Assembly: GCF_046581935.1 (NCBI RefSeq)
Contig: NZ_JAYGFK010000022.1
Span: forward strand, 2,540 to 66,539
DNA: 64,000 nt
DNA from: Pseudomonas sp.
GTDB lineage: Bacteria; Pseudomonadota; Gammaproteobacteria; Pseudomonadales; Pseudomonadaceae
Direction of reading: 5' to 3'
Within the stretch, counting starts at the first letter, position 1, and every line of letters begins with the position of its first letter. This document shows positions 35,210-47,040 of this stretch, piece by piece. The notes below the pieces were generated by a model. That model was not told where the DNA came from. It saw nothing but the letters and a program-made list of their open reading frames with translations, and searched no databases. Both the position numbers and the translations under genes were made by a program.

Positions 35210-35823
35210 TGACCGAGCTGGCGCGGTTGCCAGTCCTTGATCACCAGGGTGACTTGCAGATCAAAGCCGCTCAGCTTGATCCGTTCTGGCAGCCAGAAGC
35301 CATTCTGTTCGGTGTAGCTGAGGTACTCGACATTCCAGCCGTCCTGGCTCAGTTGGGCCAGATGGCTTTGGTTGTCGAGATTCAGGCGGCTTTTGCTGTC
35401 AGGGGCGGGCAGGCCGCGAATCCACCACAGTAGATGTGAAACCGGCAGGTTCAGGCCTAGTTGCGCTTGCAGCAGTTGTTCCGGTGATGCGGCTCGATAA
35501 CGGCCCTGGTTGGCCACTTCCAGAAGGACATCGCCAGGACGGCCGGTCAGTCGGGCGGCACCGCGACCTAGCGGGCCGGACAAGCGAATGTCGTAGTAGT
35601 CCTGGCGCTGCAGCCAAAACAGGGTGCCGCTGCCTGAGTCTTTGGCGGCGCGAATACCCACTTTGCCATTGATCTGCCAGGCATCCAGGCTGCTGATTTG
35701 CTGTTTATGCGCCTGCCAGCTTTGCGCGTTGCCCTGGCCTTCGAGGGCTTCGCGGGAGGTCAGGCCGGCGCAGCCGGCGAGTAAGGTGATCAGGCTGAAA
35801 ACTATCAGGTGGCGCGCAAGCAT
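35206..35823 (-). CDS. lolB: Outer-membrane lipoprotein insertion protein LolB
   Basis: Lipobox LLAGC; [24 protein letters not shown]. Confidence 0.95.
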   Translation of the reverse strand: MLARHLIVFSLITLLAGCAGLTSREALEGQGNAQSWQAHKQQISSLDAWQINGKVGIRAAKDSGSGTLFWLQRQDYYDIRLSGPLGRGAARLTGRPGDVLLEVANQGRYRAASPEQLLQAQLGLNLPVSHLLWWIRGLPAPDSKSRLNLDNQSHLAQLSQDGWNVEYLSYTEQNGFWLPERIKLSGFDLQVTLVIKDWQPRQLGQ

Positions 35824-37553
35824 CAAAGCGTCTCTGCTCCGGTCAGGCGCAGCAAGGTGCTGCGCAGAATTTCACTGTCAGGCTGCTGTTTCAGGGCTTC
35901 GCGCCAGAGATCGAGCGCTTCCTTCTGTTTGCCTTGTGCCCACAACACTTCGCCCAGGTGGGCGGCCACTTCGTGGTCGGGGAATTCCTTCATGGCCTTG
36001 CGTAGCAGGCGTTCGGCTTCATCCAGGTTGCCCATGCGGTAATTGACCCAGCCGAGGCTGTCGAGAATGGCTGGGTCTTGCGGTGTGAGCTGGTGTGCCT
36101 GTTCGATCAGTTGTTTGGCCTCGGCGTAGCGCGTGGTGCGGTCTGCCAGGGTGTAGCCCAAGGCGTTTAGGGCCATGGCGTTGTCAGGTTCGCGTTCCAG
36201 GATAAAGCGCAGGTCTGCCTCAAGTCGGGCTAGGTCCCCGCGTTTTTCCGCCAGCATGGCGCGGGTGTAGAGCAGGTTGAGGTCTTCCGGGAACTGCTCC
36301 AATGCTTGTTGAATAACCTGCCAGGCGCGCTCGGTGTTGTGCAGCTTGGACCAGGCTTCCGCCTCGATCAGGTACAGCTGGATGGCGTAGTCGGGTTGGT
36401 TTTCGCGGGCCTGGTGCAGGCGTTCGGCGGCGTCATCTGCGCGCTGTTGTTTGAATAGCAGTTCCGTCTGACGGGCTTGGGCGGACAAGTAATCATTGCC
36501 GGGGCCGACTAGCGCGTATTCGATCAGGGCGCTGGGTGTGTCGCCGAGCTCTTCATAGGCGCGGGCCAGGTTGTAGTGCGCTGCATCGCTATGACTGCCG
36601 CGCTCAATCAGTTCTTCGAGGTAGACAATTGCTTCCTTCCAGGCCTGGGCTTCCAGGCAGACCAGCGCTAGGGAGAAGCGCAGGTCGTCGTCGTTAGGGT
36701 TTTGCTGCAGCAGCGAGGCAAACTCGCCCTTGGCATCGTCCAGGCGATTCTCGGCAACCAGCAGGCGGGCGTAGGTCAGGCGCAGGCGCTTGTCGTCCGG
36801 GTACTGGTTGATGGCTTTTTCCAGCAGAGGCAGGGCGTCGTCGTTGCGCTCCAGGCTTTGCAGCAGGCGTGCGTGCAGCAGAATCGAGGCAATCGGGCGG
36901 TTCTTGCTGGGTTGCTGCTCAAGAATCGCCAGTGCTTCCTCGGGGCGACCATCCTGTTGCAGTAACAGGGCTTTGCCGAATTGCAGTTGGTTGTTGTCCG
37001 GGTATTTCGCTTGCAGGCGATCAAAACTCTGCAGCAGCCCGGCGCGGGTGTCTGGGTCTGTTTCAGCAGCGGAGAGGGCGAGGAAGTCGAAATGCGTGTC
37101 GCCTTGGCGCTGCAGCACTTTTTCCATAAACGTCATGGATTCGTCGTAGCGGCCGGCGCGAGCCAGTTGCACGGCTGCAGCACGCAACGCGTCGATATTC
37201 TCAGGCGCGGTCTTGGCCCACAGCAGGCTGGTTTCCAGGGCTGGTTGCTCTGCGCCTAGGTATTCGGCTATGCGAAAACCGCGCTCGGCGACGCCAGCGT
37301 CCTGAGTGCTCTTGGCCTGCTGCACATAGTTGTCCAAGGCAATGTCGAAGCGATTGCGTTGGCCGGCTAGCTCTGCGGTCAGCAGCGATAGCAGGGTTTC
37401 TTCGCTGAACGAGCGATAAACCTGCGGCTGCGCGGGCGGCGCGACGACAGCTGGGTCTTCCACGGGTGGTGTGCCATCCGGGGCGGAGGGTGCAAACGTC
37501 TGGCAACCGCTTAAAAATGCAGCGGCAGTCAGCAAAGCTAAGGATCTATTCAT
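35823..37553 (-). CDS. lbcA: TPR-repeat lipoprotein (PA4667/LbcA-like)
   Basis: Start MNRSLALL, lipobox FLSGC. TPR motifs ([22 protein letters not shown]). Lies between hemA and lolB. Confidence 0.8.
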   Translation of the reverse strand: MNRSLALLTAAAFLSGCQTFAPSAPDGTPPVEDPAVVAPPAQPQVYRSFSEETLLSLLTAELAGQRNRFDIALDNYVQQAKSTQDAGVAERGFRIAEYLGAEQPALETSLLWAKTAPENIDALRAAAVQLARAGRYDESMTFMEKVLQRQGDTHFDFLALSAAETDPDTRAGLLQSFDRLQAKYPDNNQLQFGKALLLQQDGRPEEALAILEQQPSKNRPIASILLHARLLQSLERNDDALPLLEKAINQYPDDKRLRLTYARLLVAENRLDDAKGEFASLLQQNPNDDDLRFSLALVCLEAQAWKEAIVYLEELIERGSHSDAAHYNLARAYEELGDTPSALIEYALVGPGNDYLSAQARQTELLFKQQRADDAAERLHQARENQPDYAIQLYLIEAEAWSKLHNTERAWQVIQQALEQFPEDLNLLYTRAMLAEKRGDLARLEADLRFILEREPDNAMALNALGYTLADRTTRYAEAKQLIEQAHQLTPQDPAILDSLGWVNYRMGNLDEAERLLRKAMKEFPDHEVAAHLGEVLWAQGKQKEALDLWREALKQQPDSEILRSTLLRLTGAETL

Positions 37554-37740
37554 AGGAAGAGTATGTGGCCAACCTGCGGGTTTGGGCATCATGACACAAG
37601 CGCCGAGGCAAGCCCATGGGCGGCCATGATCCTGAGTGAGTCGGATAAACCTGGCTATTAGGACAATAGGTCGCGGTAGTTGTTCTCGCTTTGCTGAAGT
37701 AGGACAATTGCCGGCTTCCACTCCCTGTCAGCGATCTTGC

Positions 37741-39036
37741 ATGGCCTTTATTGCCCTCGGTATCAACCATAAGACCGCCTCGGTGGATGTCCGCGAACGC
37801 GTGGCTTTCACTCCCGAGCAGTTGGTTGAGGCTTTGCAGCAGCTTTGTCAGCGTACTAGCAGCCGTGAAGCAGCGATTCTTTCGACCTGCAATCGCAGCG
37901 AGCTGTACCTGGAACAGGACGAGCTGAGCGCCGACGAAGTCTTGGCTTGGCTGGCTAATTATCATCATTTGAGCCTCGAAGAGTTGCGTGCTTGCGCCTA
38001 TATCCACGCCGATGACGAAGCCGTACGGCATATGATGCGTGTGGCCTCGGGGCTGGATTCCATGGTCCTTGGCGAGCCACAGATTCTCGGCCAGATGAAG
38101 TCGGCGTTTGCCGTGGCCCGTGAGGCCGGCACCCTCGGGCCGCTGCTTGGGCGCTTGTTTCAGGCGACTTTCAGTACCGCTAAGACCGTACGCACCGATA
38201 CCGCCATTGGCGAGAACCCGGTCTCAGTCGCTTTTGCGGCGGTTAGCCTGGCCAAACAGATCTTTACTGATTTGCACCGCAGTCAAGCACTGCTAATCGG
38301 TGCGGGCGAGACCATCAGCCTGGTCGCCCGGCATCTGCACGATCAGGGCATCAAACGTATTGTGGTGGCCAACCGCACCCTGGAGCGCGCCAGCAATCTG
38401 GCCGAGCAGTTCGGTGCGCATGCGGTGTTGCTCTCGGAAATCCCTGACGAACTGGTTAACAGTGACATCGTCATCAGCTCTACTGCCAGCCAGCTGCCGA
38501 TTCTCGGCAAAGGTGCCGTGGAGCGTGCGCTGAAGCAGCGTAAGCATAAGCCGATCTTTATGGTCGACATTGCCGTGCCGCGCGACATCGAGCCGGAAGT
38601 TGGCGATCTGGATGACGTCTACCTGTACACCGTTGATGACCTGCATGAGGTGATTGCGGAAAACCTCAAGAGCCGCCAAGGCGCGGCCGAAGCGGCTGAG
38701 GAGCTGGTCAGCGTTGGCGCTCAGGATTTTATGCAGCGCCTGCGCGAGCTGGCGGCGGTGGATGTGCTCAAGGCCTATCGGCAACAGGCTGAACGCTTGC
38801 GTGACGAAGAGCTGAGCAAGGCCTTGCGCCAACTCGGCAATGGCGCATCGGCCGAGGATGTACTGGCGCAATTGGCCCGTGGCCTGACCAACAAATTGCT
38901 GCATGCGCCCAGTGTGCAGCTGAAAAAATTCTCTGCTGACGGCCGCGTTGACGCGCTGGGTGTTGCTCAAGAACTGTTTGCCCTCGACGAGGGCGTGCCG
39001 CCTGCTTCTACCCATAGCAGCTCGGCTAATAAATAA
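37741..39036 (+). CDS. hemA: Glutamyl-tRNA reductase
   Basis: [29 protein letters not shown]. Confidence 0.97.
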   Translation: MAFIALGINHKTASVDVRERVAFTPEQLVEALQQLCQRTSSREAAILSTCNRSELYLEQDELSADEVLAWLANYHHLSLEELRACAYIHADDEAVRHMMRVASGLDSMVLGEPQILGQMKSAFAVAREAGTLGPLLGRLFQATFSTAKTVRTDTAIGENPVSVAFAAVSLAKQIFTDLHRSQALLIGAGETISLVARHLHDQGIKRIVVANRTLERASNLAEQFGAHAVLLSEIPDELVNSDIVISSTASQLPILGKGAVERALKQRKHKPIFMVDIAVPRDIEPEVGDLDDVYLYTVDDLHEVIAENLKSRQGAAEAAEELVSVGAQDFMQRLRELAAVDVLKAYRQQAERLRDEELSKALRQLGNGASAEDVLAQLARGLTNKLLHAPSVQLKKFSADGRVDALGVAQELFALDEGVPPASTHSSSANK

Positions 39037-39045
39037 AGGTCTGCA

Positions 39046-40128
39046 ATGAAAGCGTCACTGATCAATAAACTCGACCTGTTGCAGGATCGTTTCGAAGAGC
39101 TGACAGCGTTGCTTGGCGATGGCGAAGTGATCAGCAACCAGACGCAGTTCCGCGCTTACTCCAAGGAATACGCCGAGATTGAGCCGGTTTACCAGGCCTT
39201 TAGCTCTTTCCGTAAGGTGCAAGGCGATCTTGAAGGCGCACAGGCGCTGCTCAAGGACAGCGACCCGGACATGCGTGAAATGGCCGAAGAAGAAGTCGCC
39301 GAGGCCAAACAACAACTGATTGAGCTGGAAGCCGCGCTGCAACGCATGCTGCTGCCCAAAGACCCGAATGACGGGCGCAACGTATTCCTTGAGGTACGTG
39401 CCGGCACCGGTGGCGACGAGGCGGCGATTTTCTCTGGCGACTTGTTCCGTATGTACTCGCGTTATGCCGAGAAGCAGGGCTGGCGGGTTGAGGTTTTGTC
39501 GGCGAGTGAAGGCGAGCACGGCGGTTATAAAGAAGTGATTGCCCGGGTTGAGGGCGATAACGTTTACGGCAAACTCAAATTCGAGTCCGGCGCGCACCGT
39601 GTACAGCGCGTGCCGGAAACTGAGTCGCAAGGCCGGATTCATACGTCTGCCTGCACCGTGGCGGTGTTGCCCGAGCCGGACGAGCAGATGGCCATCGATA
39701 TCAACCCGGCCGACTTGCGTGTGGATACCTACCGCTCCTCGGGCGCGGGTGGCCAGCACGTTAACACCACCGATTCGGCGATCCGCATCACCCACATTCC
39801 CACCGGCACTGTGGTGGAATGCCAGGAAGAGCGTTCGCAGCATAAGAACCGCGCCAAGGCTATGGCCTGGTTGGCAGCTAAGTTGAAGGACCAGCAGGAA
39901 GCTGCCGCGCACAAGGAAATTTCCGATTCGCGCAAATTGCTGGTCGGCTCCGGCGACCGCTCCGAGCGCATTCGCACGTACAACTTCCCGCAAGGGCGAG
40001 TCACCGATCACCGCATCAACCTGACCCTGTATTCGCTCAACGAGGTGATTGCTGGCGGTGTTGAGGCGATCATCGAGCCATTGCTGGTTGAATACCAGGC
40101 TGACCAGTTGGCGGCGCTGGGCGACTGA
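39046..40128 (+). CDS. prfA: Peptide chain release factor 1
   Basis: GGQ motif ([10 protein letters not shown]), [10 protein letters not shown]...[22 protein letters not shown]. Confidence 0.97.
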   Translation: MKASLINKLDLLQDRFEELTALLGDGEVISNQTQFRAYSKEYAEIEPVYQAFSSFRKVQGDLEGAQALLKDSDPDMREMAEEEVAEAKQQLIELEAALQRMLLPKDPNDGRNVFLEVRAGTGGDEAAIFSGDLFRMYSRYAEKQGWRVEVLSASEGEHGGYKEVIARVEGDNVYGKLKFESGAHRVQRVPETESQGRIHTSACTVAVLPEPDEQMAIDINPADLRVDTYRSSGAGGQHVNTTDSAIRITHIPTGTVVECQEERSQHKNRAKAMAWLAAKLKDQQEAAAHKEISDSRKLLVGSGDRSERIRTYNFPQGRVTDHRINLTLYSLNEVIAGGVEAIIEPLLVEYQADQLAALGD

Positions 40129-40141
40129 TTCGCGCTTCCGC

Positions 40142-40202
40142 GTAGCCCGGATGTAACCCGGGAGCGCCTGTTGAAGCCTGTCCCGGAGTGCATCCGGGCT
40201 AC
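40142..40202. repeat. GTAG-type REP doublet
   Basis: GTAGCCCGGATGTAACCCGGG ... CCCGGAGTGCATCCGGGCTAC as an inverted pair. Confidence 0.8.
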
Positions 40203-40214
40203 GGAATAAATGCC

Positions 40215-41048
40215 ATGGCCACCATCGAATCCCTGCTTAACCAAGCCGCCTTACCCGACTCACCAACCCCGCGCTTGGACGCTGAGCTATTGCTCGCCCA
40301 TGTGCTGGGCAAGTCGCGCAGTTACCTGCACACCTGGCCCGAGCGTGAGCTTGATGCGGCACAGCTTGAGCGTTATCAGGCGGCGCTGGCGCGGCGTCAG
40401 GCTGGCGAGCCGGTGGCGTATATCCTCGGTCAGCAGGGCTTCTGGAGCCTGGAGCTTGAGGTCGCTGAACACACCCTGATTCCGCGCCCGGACACTGAGT
40501 TGCTGGTGGAAACCGCCCTTACATTGCTGCCGGCCACACCTGCGGGTTTATTAGACCTTGGCACTGGCACGGGGGCGATTGCCCTGGCCTTGGCGAGCGA
40601 GCGCCCGGCCTGGCGGGTCACGGGCGTCGATCGTATCCCTGACGCGGTGGCTTTGGCTGAACGCAACCGTGAGCGGCTGCAGCTGGCGAATGCCAACTTT
40701 GTCGAGAGCCATTGGTTTAGCGCGCTGGCGGGCCAGCACTTCCAACTGATTGTCAGCAATCCGCCGTATATCGCCGCCGATGATCGCCATTTGGCCGAAG
40801 GCGATGTGCGCTTCGAACCGAGCAGTGCACTGGTGGCGGGTGCGGATGGCCTGGACGATATTCGCCTGATCATTGAGCAGGCTCCGGGCTATCTTGAAAC
40901 GGCCGGCTGGTTGCTCTTGGAGCACGGCTTCGATCAGGCTGCAGCAGTGCGTGAGTTGCTCCGCGTTCGCGGTTTTAGCGCGGTGGAGAGCCGGCGTGAC
41001 CTGGGCGGCCATGAGCGGATTAGTCTGGGCCGCTTCGATAATGAGTGA
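40215..41048 (+). CDS. prmC: Release-factor glutamine methyltransferase
   Basis: LIPRPDTE, LDLGTGTGAIA, SNPPY. Confidence 0.96.
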   Translation: MATIESLLNQAALPDSPTPRLDAELLLAHVLGKSRSYLHTWPERELDAAQLERYQAALARRQAGEPVAYILGQQGFWSLELEVAEHTLIPRPDTELLVETALTLLPATPAGLLDLGTGTGAIALALASERPAWRVTGVDRIPDAVALAERNRERLQLANANFVESHWFSALAGQHFQLIVSNPPYIAADDRHLAEGDVRFEPSSALVAGADGLDDIRLIIEQAPGYLETAGWLLLEHGFDQAAAVRELLRVRGFSAVESRRDLGGHERISLGRFDNE

Positions 41049-41823
41049 TGCCATGAACCCGGAAGACATGCTGAATGATGAGGAGCTGCTGCGTTACAGC
41101 CGGCAGATCCTCTTGCCCCAGATCGATATCGACGGTCAGTTGCGCCTCAAGCACAGCCGCGCGCTAATCATTGGCCTGGGCGGGCTGGGCTCGCCGGTGG
41201 CGCTGTATCTGGCTGCAGCAGGCGTTGGCGAGTTGCATTTGGCAGATTTTGATACGGTCGACCTGACCAATCTGCAGCGGCAGATCATTCATGACACCGC
41301 CAGTATTGGCCACAGCAAGGTCGATTCGGCGAGCCAGCGTCTGCTGGCAATTAATCCGCAGTTGCGCTTGCAGGCGCATCGCCAAGGGCTGGACAGTGAC
41401 TCGCTGGCTGCCGCTGTAGCGGCGGTCGATGTGGTGCTGGATTGTTCGGATAACTTCAGCACCCGCGAAGCGGTCAATGCCGCCTGCGTGGCGGCCAAGG
41501 TGCCGCTGGTCAGCGGTGCGGCCATTCGCTTGGAGGGGCAGCTGGCGGTGTTCGATCCGCAGCGTGATGACAGCCCCTGTTACCACTGCATTTACGGGCA
41601 TGGCAGTGAAGCCGAGTTGACCTGCAGCGAAGCCGGTGTGGTTGGCCCGCTGGTGGGTTTGGTCGGTAGTTTGCAGGCGCTGGAGGCCTTGAAGTTGCTG
41701 GCGCAATTTGGCGAGCCGCTGGTCGGGCGTTTGCTGCTTATTGATGCCCTCGGTAGCCGCTTCCGTGAGCTGCGGGTCAAGCGCGATCCGGGTTGCAGCG
41801 TGTGTGGCAGCCATGCCCAGTAA
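41041..41823 (+). CDS. moeB: Molybdopterin-synthase adenylyltransferase (start may be 41068)
   Basis: [23 protein letters not shown]-like TNLQRQ, CYHC...CSVC. Confidence 0.92.
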   Translation: MSDAMNPEDMLNDEELLRYSRQILLPQIDIDGQLRLKHSRALIIGLGGLGSPVALYLAAAGVGELHLADFDTVDLTNLQRQIIHDTASIGHSKVDSASQRLLAINPQLRLQAHRQGLDSDSLAAAVAAVDVVLDCSDNFSTREAVNAACVAAKVPLVSGAAIRLEGQLAVFDPQRDDSPCYHCIYGHGSEAELTCSEAGVVGPLVGLVGSLQALEALKLLAQFGEPLVGRLLLIDALGSRFRELRVKRDPGCSVCGSHAQ

Positions 41824-42616
41824 GCCATTAAGGAACGCGCCGATTGGCGTATTCGATTCCGGCGTCGGTGGCTTGTCGGTGCTGCGTGAGATTCGCAGTT
41901 TATTGCCCAACGAATCGTTGCTGTATATCGCCGACAGCGGCCATGTGCCCTATGGCGAAAAGAGCCCTGAGTTTATCCGCGAGCGTTGCCGGGCGCTGGC
42001 TGAGTTCCTCCTTGCGCAAGGCGCGAAGGCGCTGGTGCTGGCCTGTAATACCGCTACGGTAGCCGGAGTTGCCGAGTTGCGTGAGTTTTACCCGCAGCTG
42101 CCGTTGGTGGGCATGGAGCCTGCGGTTAAGCCGGCAGCTGCCGCTACCCAGAGCGGCGTGGTCGGCGTGCTGGCCACCACCGGTACGTTGAAAAGCGCCA
42201 AATTCGCCGCCTTGCTCGACCGCTTTGCCAGCGATGTGCGGGTGATTACCCAGCCTTGTCCGGGGCTGGTCGAGCGCATCGAAGCGGGCGAGTTGGAGAG
42301 CGCCGCCACTCGCGAGCTGTTGCAGGGCTATGTCGCGCCGCTATTGGCTGAGGGCTGCGATACGCTGATTCTCGGCTGTACCCATTACCCTTTTCTCAAA
42401 CCGCTGCTGCGCACCATGGTGCCCGACTCGGTCAGCCTGATCGACACCGGCGCAGCCGTGGCGCGCCAGGTGCAACGGTTACTTGCAGAGCGTGATCTGC
42501 TGGCAACTGGGCCGGCGCAGCCTGCGCAGTTTTGGTCCAGCGCCGAACCACAGGCCATGCAGCACGTGCTACCCCAGCTTTGGGGTGAGGCTGTACAGGT
42601 CTGCGCATTGCCGTAG
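41813..42616 (+). CDS. murI: Glutamate racemase
   Basis: [27 protein letters not shown]. Confidence 0.96.
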   Translation: MPSKPLRNAPIGVFDSGVGGLSVLREIRSLLPNESLLYIADSGHVPYGEKSPEFIRERCRALAEFLLAQGAKALVLACNTATVAGVAELREFYPQLPLVGMEPAVKPAAAATQSGVVGVLATTGTLKSAKFAALLDRFASDVRVITQPCPGLVERIEAGELESAATRELLQGYVAPLLAEGCDTLILGCTHYPFLKPLLRTMVPDSVSLIDTGAAVARQVQRLLAERDLLATGPAQPAQFWSSAEPQAMQHVLPQLWGEAVQVCALP

Positions 42617-42722
42617 TGGGTTTAGCCATGACCTATCACCCTGCATTGCTGCATGAGGTTCTAGCGAGGCGGCGTTAAAAAACGCCAGTGATCTGCAGTT
42701 GTATCTCAGCTAGAAGGCACGC

Positions 42723-43034
42723 TTAGCGGTAGATACTGGCCATGAATTGGCGCTCATCCAGGCATTCGGGCGATGCAGTTTCGAATTCGCGGCAGATCAG
42801 CGGGCGCACTTCGTAGATGGTGCAGCGCATGCTGTTGCGGTCCAGTGCTGCGCACCAGCCATCGTCCAGGCGCAGCATCACTTCGCCGCCCCAGTCATCG
42901 GTATCGATAAAGCGTTTAGGCACGCCGGTATCGGTGATCAGCATGACTTCCAGTTGGCAGCAGCAGGCCGCACAGTTGCTGCAGCTGACGGCTGGTTCGC
43001 TTGGAAGTTGGGTGTGCGGGATCTGTTGGCTCAT
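42723..43034 (-). CDS. YkgJ-family cysteine-cluster (CxxCxxCC) protein
   Basis: CSNCAACCC, GWCAALD, CTIYEVRPLICREF. Confidence 0.88.
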   Translation of the reverse strand: MSQQIPHTQLPSEPAVSCSNCAACCCQLEVMLITDTGVPKRFIDTDDWGGEVMLRLDDGWCAALDRNSMRCTIYEVRPLICREFETASPECLDERQFMASIYR

Positions 43035-43127
43035 GCCGCGCAGTGTACGCCATCGGCGTTATGGCGAAGCCTGCAGCCGACGTAGGACGGGTGATTTTTT
43101 ATCCATCCAGCGAAGCCTGCGCGCGCT

Positions 43128-43196
43128 GTAGCCCGGATAAAATCCGGGAATGCAGTCTATAGCCACCATCGCTGCCCCGGATTGCATCCGGGCTAC
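43128..43196. repeat. GTAG-type REP doublet
   Basis: GTAGCCCGGATAAAATCCGGG ... CCCGGATTGCATCCGGGCTAC. Confidence 0.8.
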
Positions 43197-43211
43197 AAGA
43201 AACTTACCAAC

Positions 43212-43742
43212 CTAAGCCGACTGGCGAGTACGCAGGCTTTGTTCGTATTGGCTGCGATAGAGTTTGGCGAAGCCGTGCAGCACGGGCATCACTACGGCCC
43301 AGATTGCGCCGATCAGTAGCAGGGTCTGCCAGGTGCCATAAGGCAGGCCGACGCCGGCTATTTGTGCGCCGCCGTAATAGGACAGTGGTGCGCCGATGGT
43401 CCCTAGCAGGCTGCCGTGCCACCAGGGTTGTGCCGTCCAGGCCAGGCAATGATTGAGGGTTGTTGCCAGGAGCAGCCACAGGCAGGCCAGCCACAGCGGA
43501 ATCAAGGTACGTGGCTCGCCGAAATCAAACACTCCGAGGTTAAGCAGAAAGCTGTCCAGCGCGCTGCCGGCGATAAACACGCTGACCAGCAACTTGCCCT
43601 CGGCTGCCCAACTGCTGGTCCACAACAGATGCACCGCCAACACACCGGCAACAATCAGCAGCCACAGGCTGTCGCCGCCGAATATGCAGGCGAACCAGCC
43701 GAGCTGAAACAGTAGGGTGTTGGCGATCAATTTAGGCATCAA
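43212..43742 (-). CDS. DUF2878-family membrane protein
   Basis: NTLLFQLGWFAC, PLWLACLW, GAPLSYYGG. Last gene of the phr/cfa operon. Confidence 0.8.
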   Translation of the reverse strand: MMPKLIANTLLFQLGWFACIFGGDSLWLLIVAGVLAVHLLWTSSWAAEGKLLVSVFIAGSALDSFLLNLGVFDFGEPRTLIPLWLACLWLLLATTLNHCLAWTAQPWWHGSLLGTIGAPLSYYGGAQIAGVGLPYGTWQTLLLIGAIWAVVMPVLHGFAKLYRSQYEQSLRTRQSA

Positions 43743-45006
43743 TATTCCCTAATAACGGAGCCGGACGTGCTGCTGGTTTGGCCAGCAGCAGTTGCGCGGT
43801 GCCGATGGTGCGCTCGATAAAGCCGCCCTCGCAATAGCACAGGTAGAACTCCCACAGGCGGAAGAAGTAGTCGTCGTAGCCCTGCTGCTCCAGCTTGTGC
43901 CGTGCCTGGCGCAGGTTGTCGTGCCAGATGCGTAGGGTACGGGCGTAGTGCAGGCCGAAGTCTTCCAGGTGATGCAGGTTCATGTCGGTTTTGCTGGTGA
44001 CGATTTCCAGCATCTTGTTGACTGATGGCAGCGCGCCGCCGGGGAAGATATAGCGCTGGATAAAGTCCACAGCGCTTTTTGCCTGCTCATAGCGCTGGTC
44101 ACGAATGGTGATGGCTTGCAGCAGCATCAGCCCGTCGGGTTTCAGCAGGTTGGCGCATTGCTCGAAGTAGGTGGGCAGGAAGCGGTGGCCCACGGCTTCG
44201 ATCATCTCGATCGAGACCAGCTTGTCGTACTGCCCGCTGAGGTCGCGGTAATCCTCTAGCAGCAGGGTGATTTGTCCTTGCAGGCCGCGCGCCTGGATGC
44301 GTTGTTCGGTGTAGGCGAACTGCTCGCGGGACAGTGTGGTGGTGGTGACTTTGCAGCCATAGTGAGTCGCCGCATAGATCGCCATGCTGCCCCAGCCGGT
44401 ACCGATTTCCAGCAGGTGGTCGCTGGGTTTCAGGGCGAGCTTTTGGCAAATGCGCTCAAGTTTGTTCAGCTGCGCCTGCTCCAGGCTGTCGTCGGCGCTG
44501 CGGAACATGGCGGCTGAGTACATCATGCTGGGGTCGAGGAACTGCTCGAACAGGTCGTTGCCCAGATCGTAGTGTGCCGAGATGTTCTTGCGCGAGCCCT
44601 TACGCGTGTTGCGGTTGAGCCAGTGCAGGCCTTGGATCAACGGGCGGCCTAGCTGGGCCAGGCCGCTTTCCATGGCGTCGAGGACGTCGAGGTTGCTGAC
44701 GAATACACGGATTACCGCTGTCAGGTCTGGGGTGGTCCAGTAACCGTGGATATAAGCCTCGCCTGAGCCGATCGAGCCGTTGCCCGCCACCAAACCCCAG
44801 ACCGCGCCATCCAATACCTGAATTTCGGCGCAGAGGCTGGAGTGAACGTCGCCGAACTGCATGCGTTCTTCACCTTCGACGATCACCAGTTGCCCATGGC
44901 GCAGTTGCTTTAGCTGGCGCATAACCGCTCGGCGTAACAGGCTGGCACCGATGCCACTGCCGGCGCGAACGCTGTCCTTGGCTGAAACAAGGTTAGGAGT
45001 CTTCAT
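43732..45006 (-). CDS. cfa: Cfa/UfaM-like SAM-dependent fatty-acid methyltransferase
   Basis: NISAHYDLGN, MMYSAA, LEIGTGWG, SIEMIEAVG, YIFPGG. Confidence 0.88.
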   Translation of the reverse strand: MKTPNLVSAKDSVRAGSGIGASLLRRAVMRQLKQLRHGQLVIVEGEERMQFGDVHSSLCAEIQVLDGAVWGLVAGNGSIGSGEAYIHGYWTTPDLTAVIRVFVSNLDVLDAMESGLAQLGRPLIQGLHWLNRNTRKGSRKNISAHYDLGNDLFEQFLDPSMMYSAAMFRSADDSLEQAQLNKLERICQKLALKPSDHLLEIGTGWGSMAIYAATHYGCKVTTTTLSREQFAYTEQRIQARGLQGQITLLLEDYRDLSGQYDKLVSIEMIEAVGHRFLPTYFEQCANLLKPDGLMLLQAITIRDQRYEQAKSAVDFIQRYIFPGGALPSVNKMLEIVTSKTDMNLHHLEDFGLHYARTLRIWHDNLRQARHKLEQQGYDDYFFRLWEFYLCYCEGGFIERTIGTAQLLLAKPAARPAPLLGNIDA

Positions 45007-45793
45007 GGGGCGCTTCCTTTGATGCGGGACGGGCAACGCGGAAATCACCTTCAGCGGCCCGATGGGTGAATAGGGGGATACGTTTGAGCAGTAAGCGCAG
45101 GGCTTGCCAGTAGATGGCTGCGACGGTTTTGCCGGTCATCCAGGGGAACTGCAGCAGGTAGCGATGCAGGCTGGCGCGGGTTAGTTCTGTGCGCTGCAGG
45201 CTGAGGCTGGCGTCGAAGACTTTCTCATCCGCCTGCCAGTCGGCCATATGAATACCCAGGCGCTCGCTAGCCGGGCTGAAGCTCATGCGGTATTCCAGGT
45301 CACGCGGCAGAAACGGCGATACGTGAAACGCTTTGGTGACGGCCACGTGCTGATGGCCTGTGCCTGCAGCCGGTATTACATAGTGGTAGCGCTCACGGAA
45401 CGGCGTGTTACTCACTTCGCAGAGAATCGCCGCCAGGCTGCCATCGGCCTCATGGCAGTAGAAAAAACTAGCCGGGTTGAACGCCAGCCCCCAACTGCGC
45501 GCCTGGGTCAGCAGGCAGATGTGGCCCAATGGCGTGCGCCCTAGTGCCTCGCTGACACGTTGGCGCACCGCGTCAATCAAACGCATGCCGGCACTGGTGA
45601 ACTGCGGCAGGTAATCGGTTTCGCGAAAGGCGAACGGCGCAAAGCGCCCACGGCCGGCCAGCGGTGACAGGGCGAGCACCTGTTCTTGCTCGCTCAGGTC
45701 CAGGTACAGCAAGCCCATGCGGTAGCGAAAGTTGTGCTGGCGCGGGGTAAAGCGTCGGTGCTGCACCCAGCCGCTATACAGGGCACTGTTCAT
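44993..45793 (-). CDS. DUF1365-family protein (UfaO-like)
   Basis: HRRF...HNFRY, FNPASFFYC, EVSNTP, KAFHVSPF. Confidence 0.88.
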   Translation of the reverse strand: MNSALYSGWVQHRRFTPRQHNFRYRMGLLYLDLSEQEQVLALSPLAGRGRFAPFAFRETDYLPQFTSAGMRLIDAVRQRVSEALGRTPLGHICLLTQARSWGLAFNPASFFYCHEADGSLAAILCEVSNTPFRERYHYVIPAAGTGHQHVAVTKAFHVSPFLPRDLEYRMSFSPASERLGIHMADWQADEKVFDASLSLQRTELTRASLHRYLLQFPWMTGKTVAAIYWQALRLLLKRIPLFTHRAAEGDFRVARPASKEAPHEDS

Positions 45794-47040
45794 CACAGTG
45801 ATTCGCCAAATTCACGGGCCACGCGCAGCGCACTGACCACGCCATCTTCATGAAAACCGTTGGCCCAGTAAGCGCCGCAGAAGTAGCTGTGATTGGCACC
45901 GAGCAGCTCTTGCCAGCGCGCTTGCGCCGCCATGCCGGCCAAGCTGTATTGCGGATGGGCATAGGTATAGCGCGCGAGAATCTTGCTCGGGTCGATAAAG
46001 GCGGTCTGGTTCAGGCTGACGCAGAAGGTGGTGTCGCTCTGGATGCCCTGCAGAATATTCATGTCATAGGTCACCGCCGCTGATTGGCCAACCGGGCCCC
46101 CCAAGCGGTAGTTCCAGCTGGCCCAGGCCAGTGGCCGTTTTGGCAGCAGGCGGGTATCGCTGTGCAGCACTACGTCGTTGTCGGCATAGGGCAGCGCGCC
46201 GAGGATTTCTTGCTCGACATGCGTCGGTTCGGCCAGTAGCGCCAGAGCCTGGTCGCTGTGACAGGCGAACACCACTTTGTCGAAGCGCTCAGTTCCCTGG
46301 GCGCTGTGCAGGGTGACGCCATTGCTATCACGCTCGACTCGGCTGACCGGGCAGTTGAGGCGGATATGTTGCTTGAACGATTGCGTCAGTGGCGCGATGT
46401 AGCTGCTGGAGCCGCCCTCAACCACGCACCACTGCGGACGATCACTGACTGACAGCAGGCCGTGATTTTTGAAGAAGCGCACGAAGAACTGCAGCGGGAA
46501 GCCGAGCATATCGTTGAGCGACATCGACCAGATCGCTGCGCCCATGGGCACGATGTAATGCTCAATAAAGCGTTTGCTGTAGCCCTTGGCCTTGAGGTAA
46601 TCGCCCAGGGTCAGGTCGCTGGCGATGCGTTGCTGGTTCAAATCGTCCAGCGCTTCGCGGTTAAACCGCAGGATATCGCGCACCATGCCCCAGAACTTCG
46701 GTGATACCAGGTTGCTGCGCTGGGCGAACAGGCTGTTGAGGTTATGCCCGTTGTATTCCACGCCGCTGATCGGGTCACACACCGAGAAGCTCATCTCGGT
46801 GTCCTTGAAGCCCACGCCCAGTTGGCTGAGCAGGCGGATAAAATTCGGGTAGGTCCAGTTGTTGAACACAATAAAACCGGTGTCCACCGCATGGTGCTGG
46901 CCATCGACCTGTACATCCACGGTATGGGTGTGCCCGCCAATCCAGTCGCCGGCCTCGAATACAGTGATGTCATGCTGGCGGTTAAGCAGGTAGGCGCTGG
47001 TTAAACCGGCGATACCGCTGCCGATAATGGCAATTTTCAT
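45793..47040 (-). CDS. FAD-dependent oxidoreductase (UfaD-like fatty-acid desaturase)
   Basis: IGSGIAGL, GGHTHT, VDTGFIVFN, GAYWANGFHEDG. Confidence 0.88.
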   Translation of the reverse strand: MKIAIIGSGIAGLTSAYLLNRQHDITVFEAGDWIGGHTHTVDVQVDGQHHAVDTGFIVFNNWTYPNFIRLLSQLGVGFKDTEMSFSVCDPISGVEYNGHNLNSLFAQRSNLVSPKFWGMVRDILRFNREALDDLNQQRIASDLTLGDYLKAKGYSKRFIEHYIVPMGAAIWSMSLNDMLGFPLQFFVRFFKNHGLLSVSDRPQWCVVEGGSSSYIAPLTQSFKQHIRLNCPVSRVERDSNGVTLHSAQGTERFDKVVFACHSDQALALLAEPTHVEQEILGALPYADNDVVLHSDTRLLPKRPLAWASWNYRLGGPVGQSAAVTYDMNILQGIQSDTTFCVSLNQTAFIDPSKILARYTYAHPQYSLAGMAAQARWQELLGANHSYFCGAYWANGFHEDGVVSALRVAREFGESL